A stretch of 64,000 nt of DNA, taken from positions 324,403 through 388,402 of the forward strand of contig JAWQFM010000002.1 in assembly GCA_033442325.1 (NCBI GenBank). The letters are read 5' to 3'. Shown here piece by piece: positions 37,401 through 56,536 of this stretch. Position 1 is the stretch's first letter, and each line of letters opens with the position of its first letter. Origin of the DNA: Salpingoeca rosetta. Lineage: Eukaryota; Protista; Choanoflagellata. Below the pieces are notes generated by a model. The model made no database searches and was not told the origin of the DNA. It saw only the letters and a program-made list of their open reading frames with translations. Made by a program: the position numbers and the translations under genes.

Positions 37401-38782
37401 TGCTGTCGAAGCTGTTGCTGAGGATGACTGCATATGGGAGGCGAGTGGGGAGCCGGACGCAACCTGCTGCACGGCCTCCGATGCGGAGTTGCGCTTGCGC
37501 TGCCTCTCCCGCCGCTTCCGTTCAATTTCCTGGCGAATGGCGGCCTCTTGCTGCTTCCTCTCAATCTCCAGCTGGCGCCGTCGCTCCTGCTCCCGCTGCG
37601 CCACGTGCTCCTCGATGCGTCGGTACGTGTCCAGCCCGCCTGCGTGGCGCTGGTGCTGAAATGCGTTCGCTTCCTGCAGTTCCAGCGCGCGTTCCGAGGC
37701 AGCCACGCTGCCGCTGGCGCCACTGCCGCTGTTGCCGCTGCTGCCGTTGTTGCTTCGCGCCATCATCATATTCCACGTCTTGGCCGCGCGGGTTACGGAG
37801 TCCACACGGGTGCGCGGTGAGCGTAGGTGCTTGACGTCTGCCGGGACCTCTTGTGCAGGGGACACGAGGGCAGAGCCGTTGATGTTGACTGCACTCTCAT
37901 CTTCAGCAGCAAACACAGGGCCTCCGTTTGACCAGTGCTCCTGGTGTTGGCGCTGGCGTGACTCTGCTGCCTCTGCCAGCGGATACAGATCCTGGCTGTC
38001 GTCGGCGCTGAGGGCGGTGGAGGTGGAAGATGCATTCAAGAAGTCGTTCACCTCGTCCACAACATCCTGTTCATGTGGCAGCCCCGCGCGCTGCTGTGTT
38101 TGTTGTTGTTGTTGTTGTTGCTGCTGCTGCTGCTGTTGGTGTTCCTCGTCCATGGAGAGGGGCGTGCTTGGTGCTTCTGGCGTCACGTCGAAGATGGGGA
38201 TGATGCCTGCAAGCAGGTCGTTGTACAAACGATCAGCAGCATGCAGGTAAGCGAGGAGCTCTTGGGTGACGTCCACGCGCTCGCGACGTGCGCGTTCCTG
38301 TGCGCGGCGGGTGAGGCTGGCGAGCTTTGCTGTCTCTCGCTCGTAGTGCAGGCGCTCCCGACATTTTGTGCCTGGGGGCAGGTTGTTCTCAAACACACGC
38401 CAGCGGTCCTCCAGCTGACGGCGGCGTTCGTCGTCCTCTTCGTCTTCCCACTCCTCCATCGCTTGGTCCATGTCAAACCTACCGACACAGAGAGAAGTGG
38501 TTGATGGCGTGAGCAGTGGAAAGGGGGTGGTGTTACAAGCGTTGCTGTTGTTGTGGATATGGCTGCGCCATGGGTGCTGGTATCGAAGTGCTTTGGATGG
38601 TGTGCTCAGCCGCTAAACAACAAGTGCAGCGTAGTGGTGTGCGAGTGTGTCTGTGTCTGTGTGTGTCTGTGTGTGTCTGTGTAGGTGTCTATGTGTGTGT
38701 GTGTCTGTGTGCGTCTGTGTAGGTGTCTATGTGTGTGTGTGTCTGTGTGCGTCTGTGTGTCTGTGTAGGTGTGTGTCTGTGT

Positions 38783-38822
<40 letters not shown>

Positions 38823-39919
38823 AACAACTTCTGACTGACCATGAAGCACGCTGGTAGTCGGCTGGGTGGAAGGTGTGGTCGAGTGTGTTTCGTCTCAAGT
38901 CCCACGTGATGCGTCCCTTGTTGCGATTGCTTGCTTCATCCGATTCAAGCCTGCAGGGATAGAACGACAAAAGTGACCACAAAACAGCCAGTGAGACACG
39001 GGGAAAGGTAAGAGTAACGTTGTTGGCTGTGCTCTTCCACATGGTCAGGGGCGAGGAGTCAGACACGCCCTTTGGGCACTCGTTTCAACGATGCTGACAG
39101 AGTCACATGGTGATGCGTCAGCGTGACCCAACAACACACACAGCATACAGACAATACAGCACCAGGTAGCACTAGTCAAGCCTGTGACACGTTTCCCCAA
39201 AGCACTTTTGCTTGCAGCACATCAACACACCTGGAGGTTGAGAGAATGCCTTTGACACCGTCAACGCGCTCGCAGGTGATGGACACTTCTTGGTTGACGG
39301 CAATGTTCCAACTGTCGTTGCTCATGGAGCGCACGGTGATGTTCTGACATGCCTCCTCATGCACGATGGCCTTGGCGCGTGGGGACGTCTGCGCGTCTGG
39401 GCGGCGGGAGTACGGCTCCTCCTCAAACGAGTGGCGCGCGTTGAGATCGGCGAGCACGTCCAGGCAGTCTTCCATGTCGCTTGTTCCATCGTCGTCTTCG
39501 TCGGACGACGAGTCCAGGAGCTCCGAGTTCCACCGGTACAGGGTGTCGTCATTGACAAACGCACGCACCGATGGATTGACGCCAAAGAAGTATCCTGCAG
39601 TTGTGTGTTGTTCCAGCAACCACAAGATGGGCCGGACCATGTGTGAGCGTATGTGTGAGGGGGGGGGGGGTAACGTGTGTGTGTGTGTGTGTGTGTGTGA
39701 ATGTGTGAATGTGTGTGTGTGTGTGTGTGTGTGAATGTGTGAATGTGTGTGTGTGTGTGTGTGTGTGTGAATGTGTGTGTGTATGTGTGTATGTGTGTGT
39801 TTGTGTATGTGTGTGGCGGGTGGAAGCAAGGCGAGAACTTTGTGTTGTGTGGTTGAAGCTGGGCCGCTGGATGATATCGACCTAAAGTCCCGCACACAAG
39901 ACATACACACACACACACA

Positions 39920-39957
<38 letters not shown>

Positions 39958-40418
39958 AGCACTCACACACACAAGCACACACAAGCACTAAAATCTCAAT
40001 TACACCACTCAACACAACCGGACTCACCGTGCTTGAAGAGACGTGTGCCAAGGTGGACGGCATCCGAGACATCGTGGGCAAACCCTTCATTGAGCAGCCA
40101 CTCTGTCGTATCGATCCCAGCAAAGCAGCCTTCCACAACCCGGTTGTTGTGGGTGATGTCCGTGGTTGGCACCCCCTCGTATGAGATCATGCGGTTGGCC
40201 AGTTGCTCCAGCTGCATCGGTGTTGGCTCGCCGCCGTTGCTGAGTTGCATGGCCAAAGTCTGGCTGAGGCGGGGCACGTGACGCATGAGGGCGCCAGCAA
40301 ACTGGTCCATGAGCCCGTTGGCATGTGGCGCGTGATCGCTCAGCTTCATGTCGCTTGTTGTGACTGTGTTGCTCAGCTCAACTAGCCCATCGCTGCTCTG
40401 CTCATTCATTCTGAGCAT
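34462..40418 (-). CDS. Large DEP-domain + villin-headpiece protein with a >1000-aa low-complexity middle; 5' end uncertain
   Basis: DEP-like segment [12 protein letters not shown]...[17 protein letters not shown]...[11 protein letters not shown] 3.1-kb exon at ~38479-35328. C-terminal [45 protein letters not shown] matches the headpiece consensus. Confidence 0.75.
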
Positions 40419-41578
40419 CTGTGTCTGTGAAGCCGTGTGTGCGCCTGCTGCGCCGTTGAGCACAAGCGCTGCTGCGCCGCTGTTACTGATGTCTGGGGGG
40501 AGGTTTTGATACGGCTCGCCCCGATGGTGGGTGATGGTGTGGTTATGTGTTCTTGTTGTTGTTGCTGTCGCTGGTGGTGGTGGTGGTGGTGATGGATGAC
40601 ACGTCAATCAAACGCGCGCCACACAAGGATGTGAGCGAGTGTGATTTTCCTCCTTGGTGCGTGTGCACGTATCCCAAGCCACCCACGCAAGTGCTGCTGC
40701 TTTGCTGTGCTGCAAGGACAAGGAAGGGGCAGGGAGACATGAGGTGTGAGGGTGTGTGGGTGAACTGATGACGACTGCAGCAGCACTCGTTGTTCACCCA
40801 ACAACCCAGCGACTCCCAGAGCAACCACGTAGCAGCCAGACCAACCAAGGCGACGACGGGTGGGATCAAGTAGGTGGGTGGGTGAGTGAACGTGGGCTGC
40901 TTTGTGGTGCTGCTGCAACGAGGAATGCGCGACGATCAATCAACTATGCCACTATGCCACCCACTCGTGGCTGCTTCGAATTCCAAACAGGCGCGTGTGC
41001 ACGGGATGCGTCGCTCGTGTACGTGTGTGAATGTGTGAATGTGTACGTGTGTGTGTGTGTGTTTGTGTGTGTTTGTGTGGATGCAAGGAGTCGTAGGGAC
41101 TCAAAGGTGTGTGAGTGTGTGGTTGACATGGAATGTGTGTCATTGCCACCACCAAGCAAGGCGCAAGGCAAAGCAGAGCAAAGCTGAGACAGGCGCTTGC
41201 TCGCATTCCATCTTGGCTGGTTGGTGAGTCCTTTTTTCGTATGTTCGAATGGTGGCGTTGGGGCGTGTGTGCAGTGGCGAAGTGTTTTGTTTTGTCAGCA
41301 GCCGCGAAAAACCTGACCAGTACTGAAAAGGGCAACTCGCACGCCCAGTGCTCCTGTCATGTTTGACAGCGCCGCCAAATTCGAAAATCCAACAACCGCC
41401 AACAAGGAGCGACGACAGCAACGCACTCCCACACACGTCCGTGCACCACCACCACACACACACCGACCACACACACACACACACCACCACACCACACCAC
41501 ACATCCACCTCTCGTCCCCCACAGCCATAGACAACACGCATCCACACCCATACACGCACACAACATACCACAACAACA

Positions 41579-48518
<6,940 letters not shown>

Positions 48519-49166
48519 TTGATGGCAGCCGTGCCGGTAGTGTTGGTGCGAGGTGATGGTAGCGAGCGAGCGGGTGCGTGTGTGAGTCGGTGAATGAGTA
48601 AGTGGACCACATAGCTTGCTTTTGACATGCTATGCCATGTGAATGCTTGGATGTGTTGATTTCCTTTCTTCCTCGATGCTTCTTTTTTGTGTGTGGAGTA
48701 GTAGTGGAGTTGTGTGGTGTTCCCAGAAAAAGCCCTCTCTTTGCTTCCTTTCTTTTGCTTTCTTGCTGCATTGATTGTTTGCCGGATGTGTTGGTGGTTT
48801 GGTCTGTTGATTGGCCACCTCCTTGTTCACCTTTTGCTCCCTTTGATGGGCCCCTTGGCGTGTCCTGTTCATGTTCACGTGCGTTCTCCTTCTCTGTCTT
48901 GTGCTGTCAGGCTGTCTGCGTTCTCTCTTGCATGCTTGCTGTGTTGCATATGTCATTGCTGTTGAAAACCAAGAATGAACTTGAACCGCATCGCATCAAG
49001 TGAACGATGACAATGACATGAGTTAACAGTGTGAGCCACGCAAACAAAGCCTTCAAGCAAGCGAGCTAGCAGACGAGCTCGCAGAGAAACAAGCAGATGA
49101 GCAGACGAGCAAGGGACGGCGCGTTTCTCCCGGTCTCAGCACCAAAACAAAAAAAAGAAAAAGATG

Positions 49167-49249
49167 AGGTCAGGACGGGGTTCGAACCCGCGCTTTCGAT
49201 TGAAAATCACGGCCTAAACGTGACGCCTTAACCACTCGGCCACCTGACC
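49167..49249 (-). tRNA. tRNA-Leu, anticodon UAG, long variable arm
   Basis: Reverse complement reads GGTCAGG TG GCCGAGTGGTTAAGGC G TCACG TT-TAG-GC CGTGA TTTTCAATCGAAAG C GCGGG TTCGAAC CCCGT CCTGACC T, followed by a poly-T Pol III terminator. Confidence 0.95.
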
Positions 49250-49633
49250 ATCGGATATCACAGCTAATTTTCTGTCATTCCGTCACATATCAATCTATAC
49301 CCAACTTTGTCACCTCGTCCTCAAATCTGCACTTTCGCCCATTTGATAAAACTGCCAGCAAACAACCACCCTTGCGAACGAACACCCAACTGCAGCAGCA
49401 CAAAAGAGCACAGCGCGGCCGCCACGTATTCTCACACACGCGGCGAACGCACACACACACACACTCACACATAAAGCAACGGCAACAGCACAGCCACTGA
49501 CCAGCTGGCTGAACTCCCTCACATCATCATCATCATCATCACACCCAGCTCAGCAACGTGCGAGCACGGCGACCCGAAGACCTTGAAGTAGTTTGTAGTT
49601 GCTGTTCTCTTTCTAACACACACACAATCAGCC

Positions 49634-49754
49634 ATGGCTGAGCACCGCCTTCGCGAGCAGCAGTACGAGTACAATGCGGTACGTGATGCACCCGATTCCA
49701 CGTGCGTCATGTGTGATGTGCCCGTGTGTGCGTGTGTGTGTGTGTGCGTGTGTG

Positions 49755-49810
<56 letters not shown>

Positions 49811-52800
49811 CGTGACGTGTCTATGCTCGCACCCCTTCCTTTCTGACGCGCGCTCCAAGTGACTTAACTGCATATGTATGTCTGTGTGTTCACCCACCCC
49901 TTTGCTTCCTCACCCCCCCCCCCCCCGCTCCTTCTTCCTGTAGAACGCCAACTTGGTGTTGCAAGCTGACCGGAAGCTGCTCGACATTCGGGTGCGTGAT
50001 GACGCGACCGGTGAGGTCAAGTCCCTCAAGGGCCACCTCGACACAGTACGCATGGGCGACCGCGCCGTGCGCTCCATGCCACAGGACCTGCAGGAGCGCA
50101 AGAAGCGCCGCGCAGAGGCTCAAAGCAAGAAGAAGCCCGCGGCGTCGCTGCCTTCCTCCGTCCTCGCCAACTTTGCCGACCTCGGCCTCAAGTACTACCC
50201 AAAGACAAAGGACACGCAGCACTTTTACGAGCTCATCCTCTCCTACATCACCGACTTCCTCGGCAGCCAGCCCCAGGACATCCTCATGGGCGCCGCCGAC
50301 GAGATCCTCGCCGTGCTCAAGGACGAGGACATCAAGACAAAGGACAAGCAGCACGAGATCGCCTCCCTGCTCGGCCAGCGCGTCTCCGACGAAGAGTTTA
50401 CGCGCCTCGTCGGCCTGAGCCAGAAAATCACAGACTACCACGACACCACAGCCATGGAGGAAGAGGAGGAGCCCCTGGACGATGACACGGGCGTCGCCCT
50501 CGTCTTCGACCGCGATGAGGAAGAGGAGGAAACCACAGCCGCCGCCATGGCCGGCGACGAGGACGCAGAGGACCTCGATGAGGTCAAGGACATGGAGGAG
50601 GACGAGGAAGAGGAAGAGGCTGAGGCTGACATTGTCCGGGCCAACCTGCAGCGTGAGGCTGCGGCGGCCGCCGCCGCCGGCGACACGCTCAACCCCAGCG
50701 ACCTTGACGCCTTCTGGCTCCAGCGCCAGCTCGGCCAGTATTCCAAGGATGCCATGGAGACGCAGAAGCTGGCAGACCAGTCCCTCAAGGTTCTCGGCGA
50801 GGCCAAGGACGACCGCGAGTGCGAGAACCGCCTCGTGCAGGTGCTCGGCTTTGACAAGTTCGACTTTGTCAAGATCCTGCGCAAGCACAGGAACCTCATC
50901 TACCACTGCATCATGCGCGCCAAGGCCCAGTCTGACGCCGAGCGTCGCGCCATCGAGGCAAAGATGCGCGCCGATGACGAGCTTGCGCCGGCGCTCAAGC
51001 TGCTCAAGGAAGGCGCAGAGGGCGACAGCCGCGCCGAGGCCAAGGCACGCAAGGAGGCCCAGCGGCAAGGAAAGCTGGACCGCGACTTGGACACGGACGT
51101 GCGCGACGCCCACATCACCAAGCAGGTGCTCAACATTGACAACCTCGTCTTCTCCCAAGGCAGCCACCTCATGGCCAACCGCAAGTGCGCCCTGCCAGAG
51201 GGCTCCTTCCGCAAGTCCCACAAGGGCTACGAGGAGGTGTACGTCCCCGCCCTCAAGGCCAAGCCGCTCAGCGAGAACGAGAAGCTGGTGCCCATCTCAT
51301 CGCTCCCAGACTGGGCACAGAAGGCCTTTAAGGGCTTCAAGAACCTCAACCGCGTGCAGAGCCAGCTCTTCCCCACGGCGTTTGGCTCCAATGAGAACCT
51401 CCTCGTCTGCGCCCCAACAGGTGCAGGCAAAACCAATGTGGCCTTGCTCACCATCCTTCACGAGATTGGCAGGCACCTCCTCCCCGACGGCAGCGTCGAC
51501 ATTGAAAACTTCAAGGTGTGGATGTGTGTGTGTGTGTATGTGATTTTGGCGATGGCATATTTCAGTGCTTGGTGTTCTTGCTGCTGCTGTTGCTGCTGCA
51601 TCGTGTGTTCACCTTTTCCCGTGTGCTCTTCTTTTTTTTTTTTCGACCTTGCTCGCATGCACACTCACTCACACTTACATTCACACACACACGTTCTGGC
51701 CATCCCCTTGTCCTTCCTTTGCTCCCACCTTACCCTGCACAGATTGTGTACATTGCGCCAATGAAGTCGCTTGTTGCGGAGATGACGGGTAACTTCTCCG
51801 CACGCCTGGAGCCATACAACCTGAGCGTGGAGGAACTCACCGGTGACCAGTCCCTGACCAGGGAGCAGATTTTCAACACCAACGTCCTCGTCTGCACGCC
51901 CGAAAAGTGGGATGTCATCACACGCAAGGGCGGCTTTGAGGGCGTCGTTGGCCTCGTCATCATCGATGAGATTCATCTCCTCCACGATGAGCGCGGCCCC
52001 GTGCTCGAGTCCATCATTGCCCGCAGCATTCGCCAAGTCGAGCGCACACAGGAGAGCCTCCGCCTTGTTGGCCTCTCCGCAACATTGCCAAACTATGAAG
52101 ACGTCTCTGCTCTCCTGCGCGTTGACCCCAGCAAAGGTGCGACCCCCCGTGTGTCGTGCATCTGTGTGCGGTGTGTGTCTTCTGCTGTTCTGTGCTTGAA
52201 CCGCTTGTTCTTGTTCTTGTTCTTGTGCGCACGCGTGTGCCTATGCATCGCAGTTGAGTTGTTTCACGCCTCACACTTATACACTCACCTCAACTCAACT
52301 CAACTCACCTCACGCAACCAATTTCCCTACATTCCTACCCCCGCCGACATTCCCATGTTTTTATTTGTGTGCCGCCAGGTCTCTTCTTCTTCGACAACAG
52401 CTTCCGCCCCTGCCCCTTGGAACAGCAGTACATTGGCATCACGGAGCGCAAGGCCCTCAAGCGCTTCCAGCTCATGAACGACATCCTGTATGACAAGGTT
52501 GTTGCCAACGCCGGCCGCAACCAGGTGCTTGTGTTCACGCACTCGCGCAAGGACACCGCCAAGACGGCCCGCATGCTGCGCGACATGTGCCTGCAGAAGG
52601 AGATGCTTGGTGCCTTCCTCCGCGAGGATTCAGCCAGCGTGGAGATTCTCCGGGACTCTGCCGAGGCCACCAAGAACCGCGACCTCGTGGACCTCCTCCC
52701 ACACGGCTTTGCCATCCACCACGCCGGCATGACCCGCGCGGACCGCACGCTTGTCGAGGATCTCTTTGCCGGCCGCCACATCCAGGTGCTCGTCTCCACG

Positions 52801-53119
52801 GCCACGCTTGCCTGGGGTGTTAACCTTCCCGCCCACACCGTCATCATCAAGGGCACCCAAGTCTACGCCCCAGACAAGGGCGGCTGGACCGAGCTGTCCC
52901 CGCTCGATGTGCTGCAGATGCTTGGTCGCGCTGGCCGCCCTCAGTTCGACAAGCAAGGCGAGGGCATCCTCATCACCACACATGCCGAGTTGCAGTACTA
53001 CCTCTCCCTCCTCAACGAGCAGCTCCCCGTTGAGAGCCAGTTTATGTCCAAGCTCGCAGACAACCTCAACGCCGAGATTGTTGCAGGTACGTCCTCCTGT
53101 GCTGCCTGCATACAGGCAG

Positions 53120-53184
<65 letters not shown>

Positions 53185-56054
53185 CCCCCCCTCTCTGTCC
53201 GAGCCAACGATGCAAACTATTTTAATCTGTCAATCCCATGACAATTTACCATGATTACAACAACCTCTAGGTTACTGAGGCTCGTGTTTCTGCTTTTGCT
53301 CCACCTTATATGTGGGCGTGCGGTTACGCTGCATGTCGTCCTGTTACCTTCCTCCTTTCCTTCAACTTTCCTCCTCCTTCTCCCCCTCTTCTTTTGGGTT
53401 TGAGCCAACGATGCAAACTTTATCATAATCTGTCAATCCCATGACATTTTCCGTGATTACATCTACCTCTAGGTTACTGAGGCTCTGCCAACCCTCTCCT
53501 TGTTCCTCTTTATGTGTTGTCTCTCCACATCCTCCTCATTTTGTCTGTTGTATCTCTTGTGCGAGGCGCATGGGGTGTCACCGGTGATGCAAACTTATCA
53601 TAATCTGTCAATCCCATGACATTTCACCGTGATTATATTTACCTCTAGGTTACTGAGGTGCATCCACCTCGTCTCGTTTCCCCTCCCACTTTGACATTCC
53701 CCTTGCTCCTTTCCTTCCTTCCTTTTTTTTTTTTTTCAATCCCCATCCCTTACCCTTACAAGCCAGCACGCACGCGCTTGTGTGGCTGTCACCAGCTTGT
53801 TTACGATGAACCACACTCACAATGTGCATGAACTTGGTTGCGTGATACACCTCACAGGTACGGTGCAGAACCTCGATGAGGCCGTGCAGTGGCTTTCGTA
53901 CACATACTTGTATGTGCGTCTGCTGCGTAACCCTGCCCTCTACGGCGTGACGGCGGACGACCTTCGCAACGACCCCGTACGTTTATTTATGCTCGCGCTT
54001 CCATTTGCATGGCTCGCTTGACCGGCTCTCTGTTGGCTGGTTTGGGTGTCTCGGGCCACTCATATCACTCCTTGTTCGGCACTTGCACTTGTTCAATATC
54101 GTAATGGTTCCTTCAGAAACTGGAGCGCTTCCGTGCCAACCTCGTGCACACCGCGGCCCTCCAGCTTGACAAGAGCAACTTGCTCAAGTACGACAGGAAA
54201 ACTGGAAACTTCCAGGTTTGTAAGCACTTGCGTGTGTGTGTGTGCTTGGCGATTGGCTTTGTTGTTTGCTTGGTGTCGTGTGCATGCGATGACAAGGTCA
54301 CCGTCCGCTTACCAACAACCTCGTTTCCCTTGCGTTCGTGCATGCACGCAGGTGACGGATCTTGGTCGCATTGCTAGCCACTACTACTGTGACTTTCACA
54401 CCATCAGCATGTACAACAGCTTGCTCAAGCCCACCTTGACGGAGATTGAGTTGCTACGCATCTTCTCCCGCTCCAGCGAGTTTAAGCTCGTCAGGGTGCG
54501 TTGAACGCTTGGGGTTTACCTCTGCTCTGACGTGCGGGTGATGTGCTGTTGTTTGTTTGTTTGTTTTGCTTTGTTCCACCGTTTCCTCGTCGTTGTTGCC
54601 ACGCTCGTCCATGCTTTTCACGACTATCAGTCATGCTCACCCGCCTCACCCATCCACACCTTCGCCTTTTCTTGCTTCATTTGCGTGCAGGTTCGGGAAG
54701 AGGAGAAGCTTGAGTTGCAGACCCTGATGGAGCGCGTCCCCATCCCCATCAAGGAGAGCATTGATGAGCCGAGCGCAAAGATCAACGCGCTGCTGCAGTC
54801 GTACATCTCCAAACTCAAACTGGACGGCTTCTCTCTTGCATCAGACATGGTTTACATCACGCAATCTGGTACGTTGCACACCACTTGCCCCCTTTCATTG
54901 GACACACTGAATGTTGTTTTCGGTTGCTGTTTGCGGTTTGTTTGGTGTGCGGGTTTGTGGGGTTTGTACTGGTGTGAGCGTACCATCGCTGCTGTTTTCT
55001 GCTGAATGCTGCTGTTTTCTGCTCCTTGTGGTGGCCGATGCTCATTGCGCGTTGTTCTTGCCTTGCTGCTGCTGCTGCTTCACTTGTCCAGCTGGTCGCC
55101 TGATGCGTGCCATCTTTGAGATTGTGCTTCGTCGTGGCTGGGCCCAGGTTGCAGGCCGCGCCCTCACCCTCTGCAAGATGATTGACCGCCGCATGTGGGC
55201 AACGTAAGGCGCCTTTCTCTTCCATGCCCACGGGTTGTCACGTTTACTCCTTGGATCGCTGCTTCGCTTGCGTTCCTTGCCCGCCAACTTCATTTCTTGT
55301 GTGTGTATGTGTGGCTCTTGTTTCTGCTTGCCTCACCACCTCACGTTTGTGTGCCAATCACTTGCAGGGCGTGTCCACTGAAGCAATTCCCTAAGCTGAA
55401 CCCTGTTGCGGTGCAGAAACTGGAGCGCAAGGGCCTTTTCTGGTCCCAACTGACAGAGCTCAGTCACACCGAGCTTGGCGAGCTGATTCGCACGCCCGCG
55501 GTGAGTCCTCCAGATCTGGTGTTGTTGTTGCTGTTGTTGTTGGTTGTTGTTGCTGCTGCTGCTGCTGCTTCTTGGCTTTGTGTTTTGCTGCGCACGAGTC
55601 ACTTGTTGTCACGCTCACGATTTACTACCCCAATGTTTTTTGTTTTTTGGTCGTTACTTTGTCTTTATCAACAACAGCTGGGCAAGACCCTTCACAAGTA
55701 CATTCACTTGCTGCCCAAGATGGAGCTGAGCTCCTATGTCCAGCCCATCACCCGCACCACCCTCCGTGTGAAGCTCACCCTCAACGCTGACTTCCCTTGG
55801 GACGACGCTGTGCACGGCTCCCAGCAGAGCTTCTGGGTCTTCGTGGAGGTGTGTTTGGAAGCAACTTGTCGAGCCAACGGCTCGGTTGTGTGCCTCTGTG
55901 TGTCTGTGTGCGCGTGTGCCTTGCCTCCACCCAGCTCCTGATCTAAAGTGCTATGGCAACACGGTGCTCGGTCTCGGGCTCTCTCCTTGTATTCCCGACA
56001 TCTCCGCATTTCTCTTGTCCTTCTTGTCCATCCTCCTGCAATTTCTTGCTTTTT

Positions 56055-56150
<96 letters not shown>

Positions 56151-56480
56151 CCCCCTCTCCAGCCTTTTTTTTTCTTGTTTCGCTGTGCACTCCGATGATG
56201 AAGACTTTTCTTGTGGAGGGATTAGTACCGCGCCTGACCGTGCAAGCGCCCACCTCTTTCCCGTTGTTTCTCCCCATTCCCCTCTTTCGTTCTGCGCCTC
56301 TTCCTGTGTGCGGGCTGCTTCATGGTCTGGTGTCGCGAACATCTCGAAGATACTCGCGGATTATGAGAGCTGAGGAGTTGCACAGCTGATTTTTCCATCG
56401 TTCTTCTGTATTTGTGTGTGTGTGTGTGTACATCCTGGTGCTGCGCACACGCGCGCCCGCACACACACACACACAATCTC

Positions 56481-56536
<56 letters not shown>

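Noticed and set aside
49890-51221. 443-aa ORF on the minus strand
   Set aside because: Antisense shadow of Brr2 exon 2.
55870-55884. CGAGCCAACGGCTCG hairpin resembling the fused ends of snoRNA copy A
   Set aside because: Too short to distinguish from chance, and it has no boxes.
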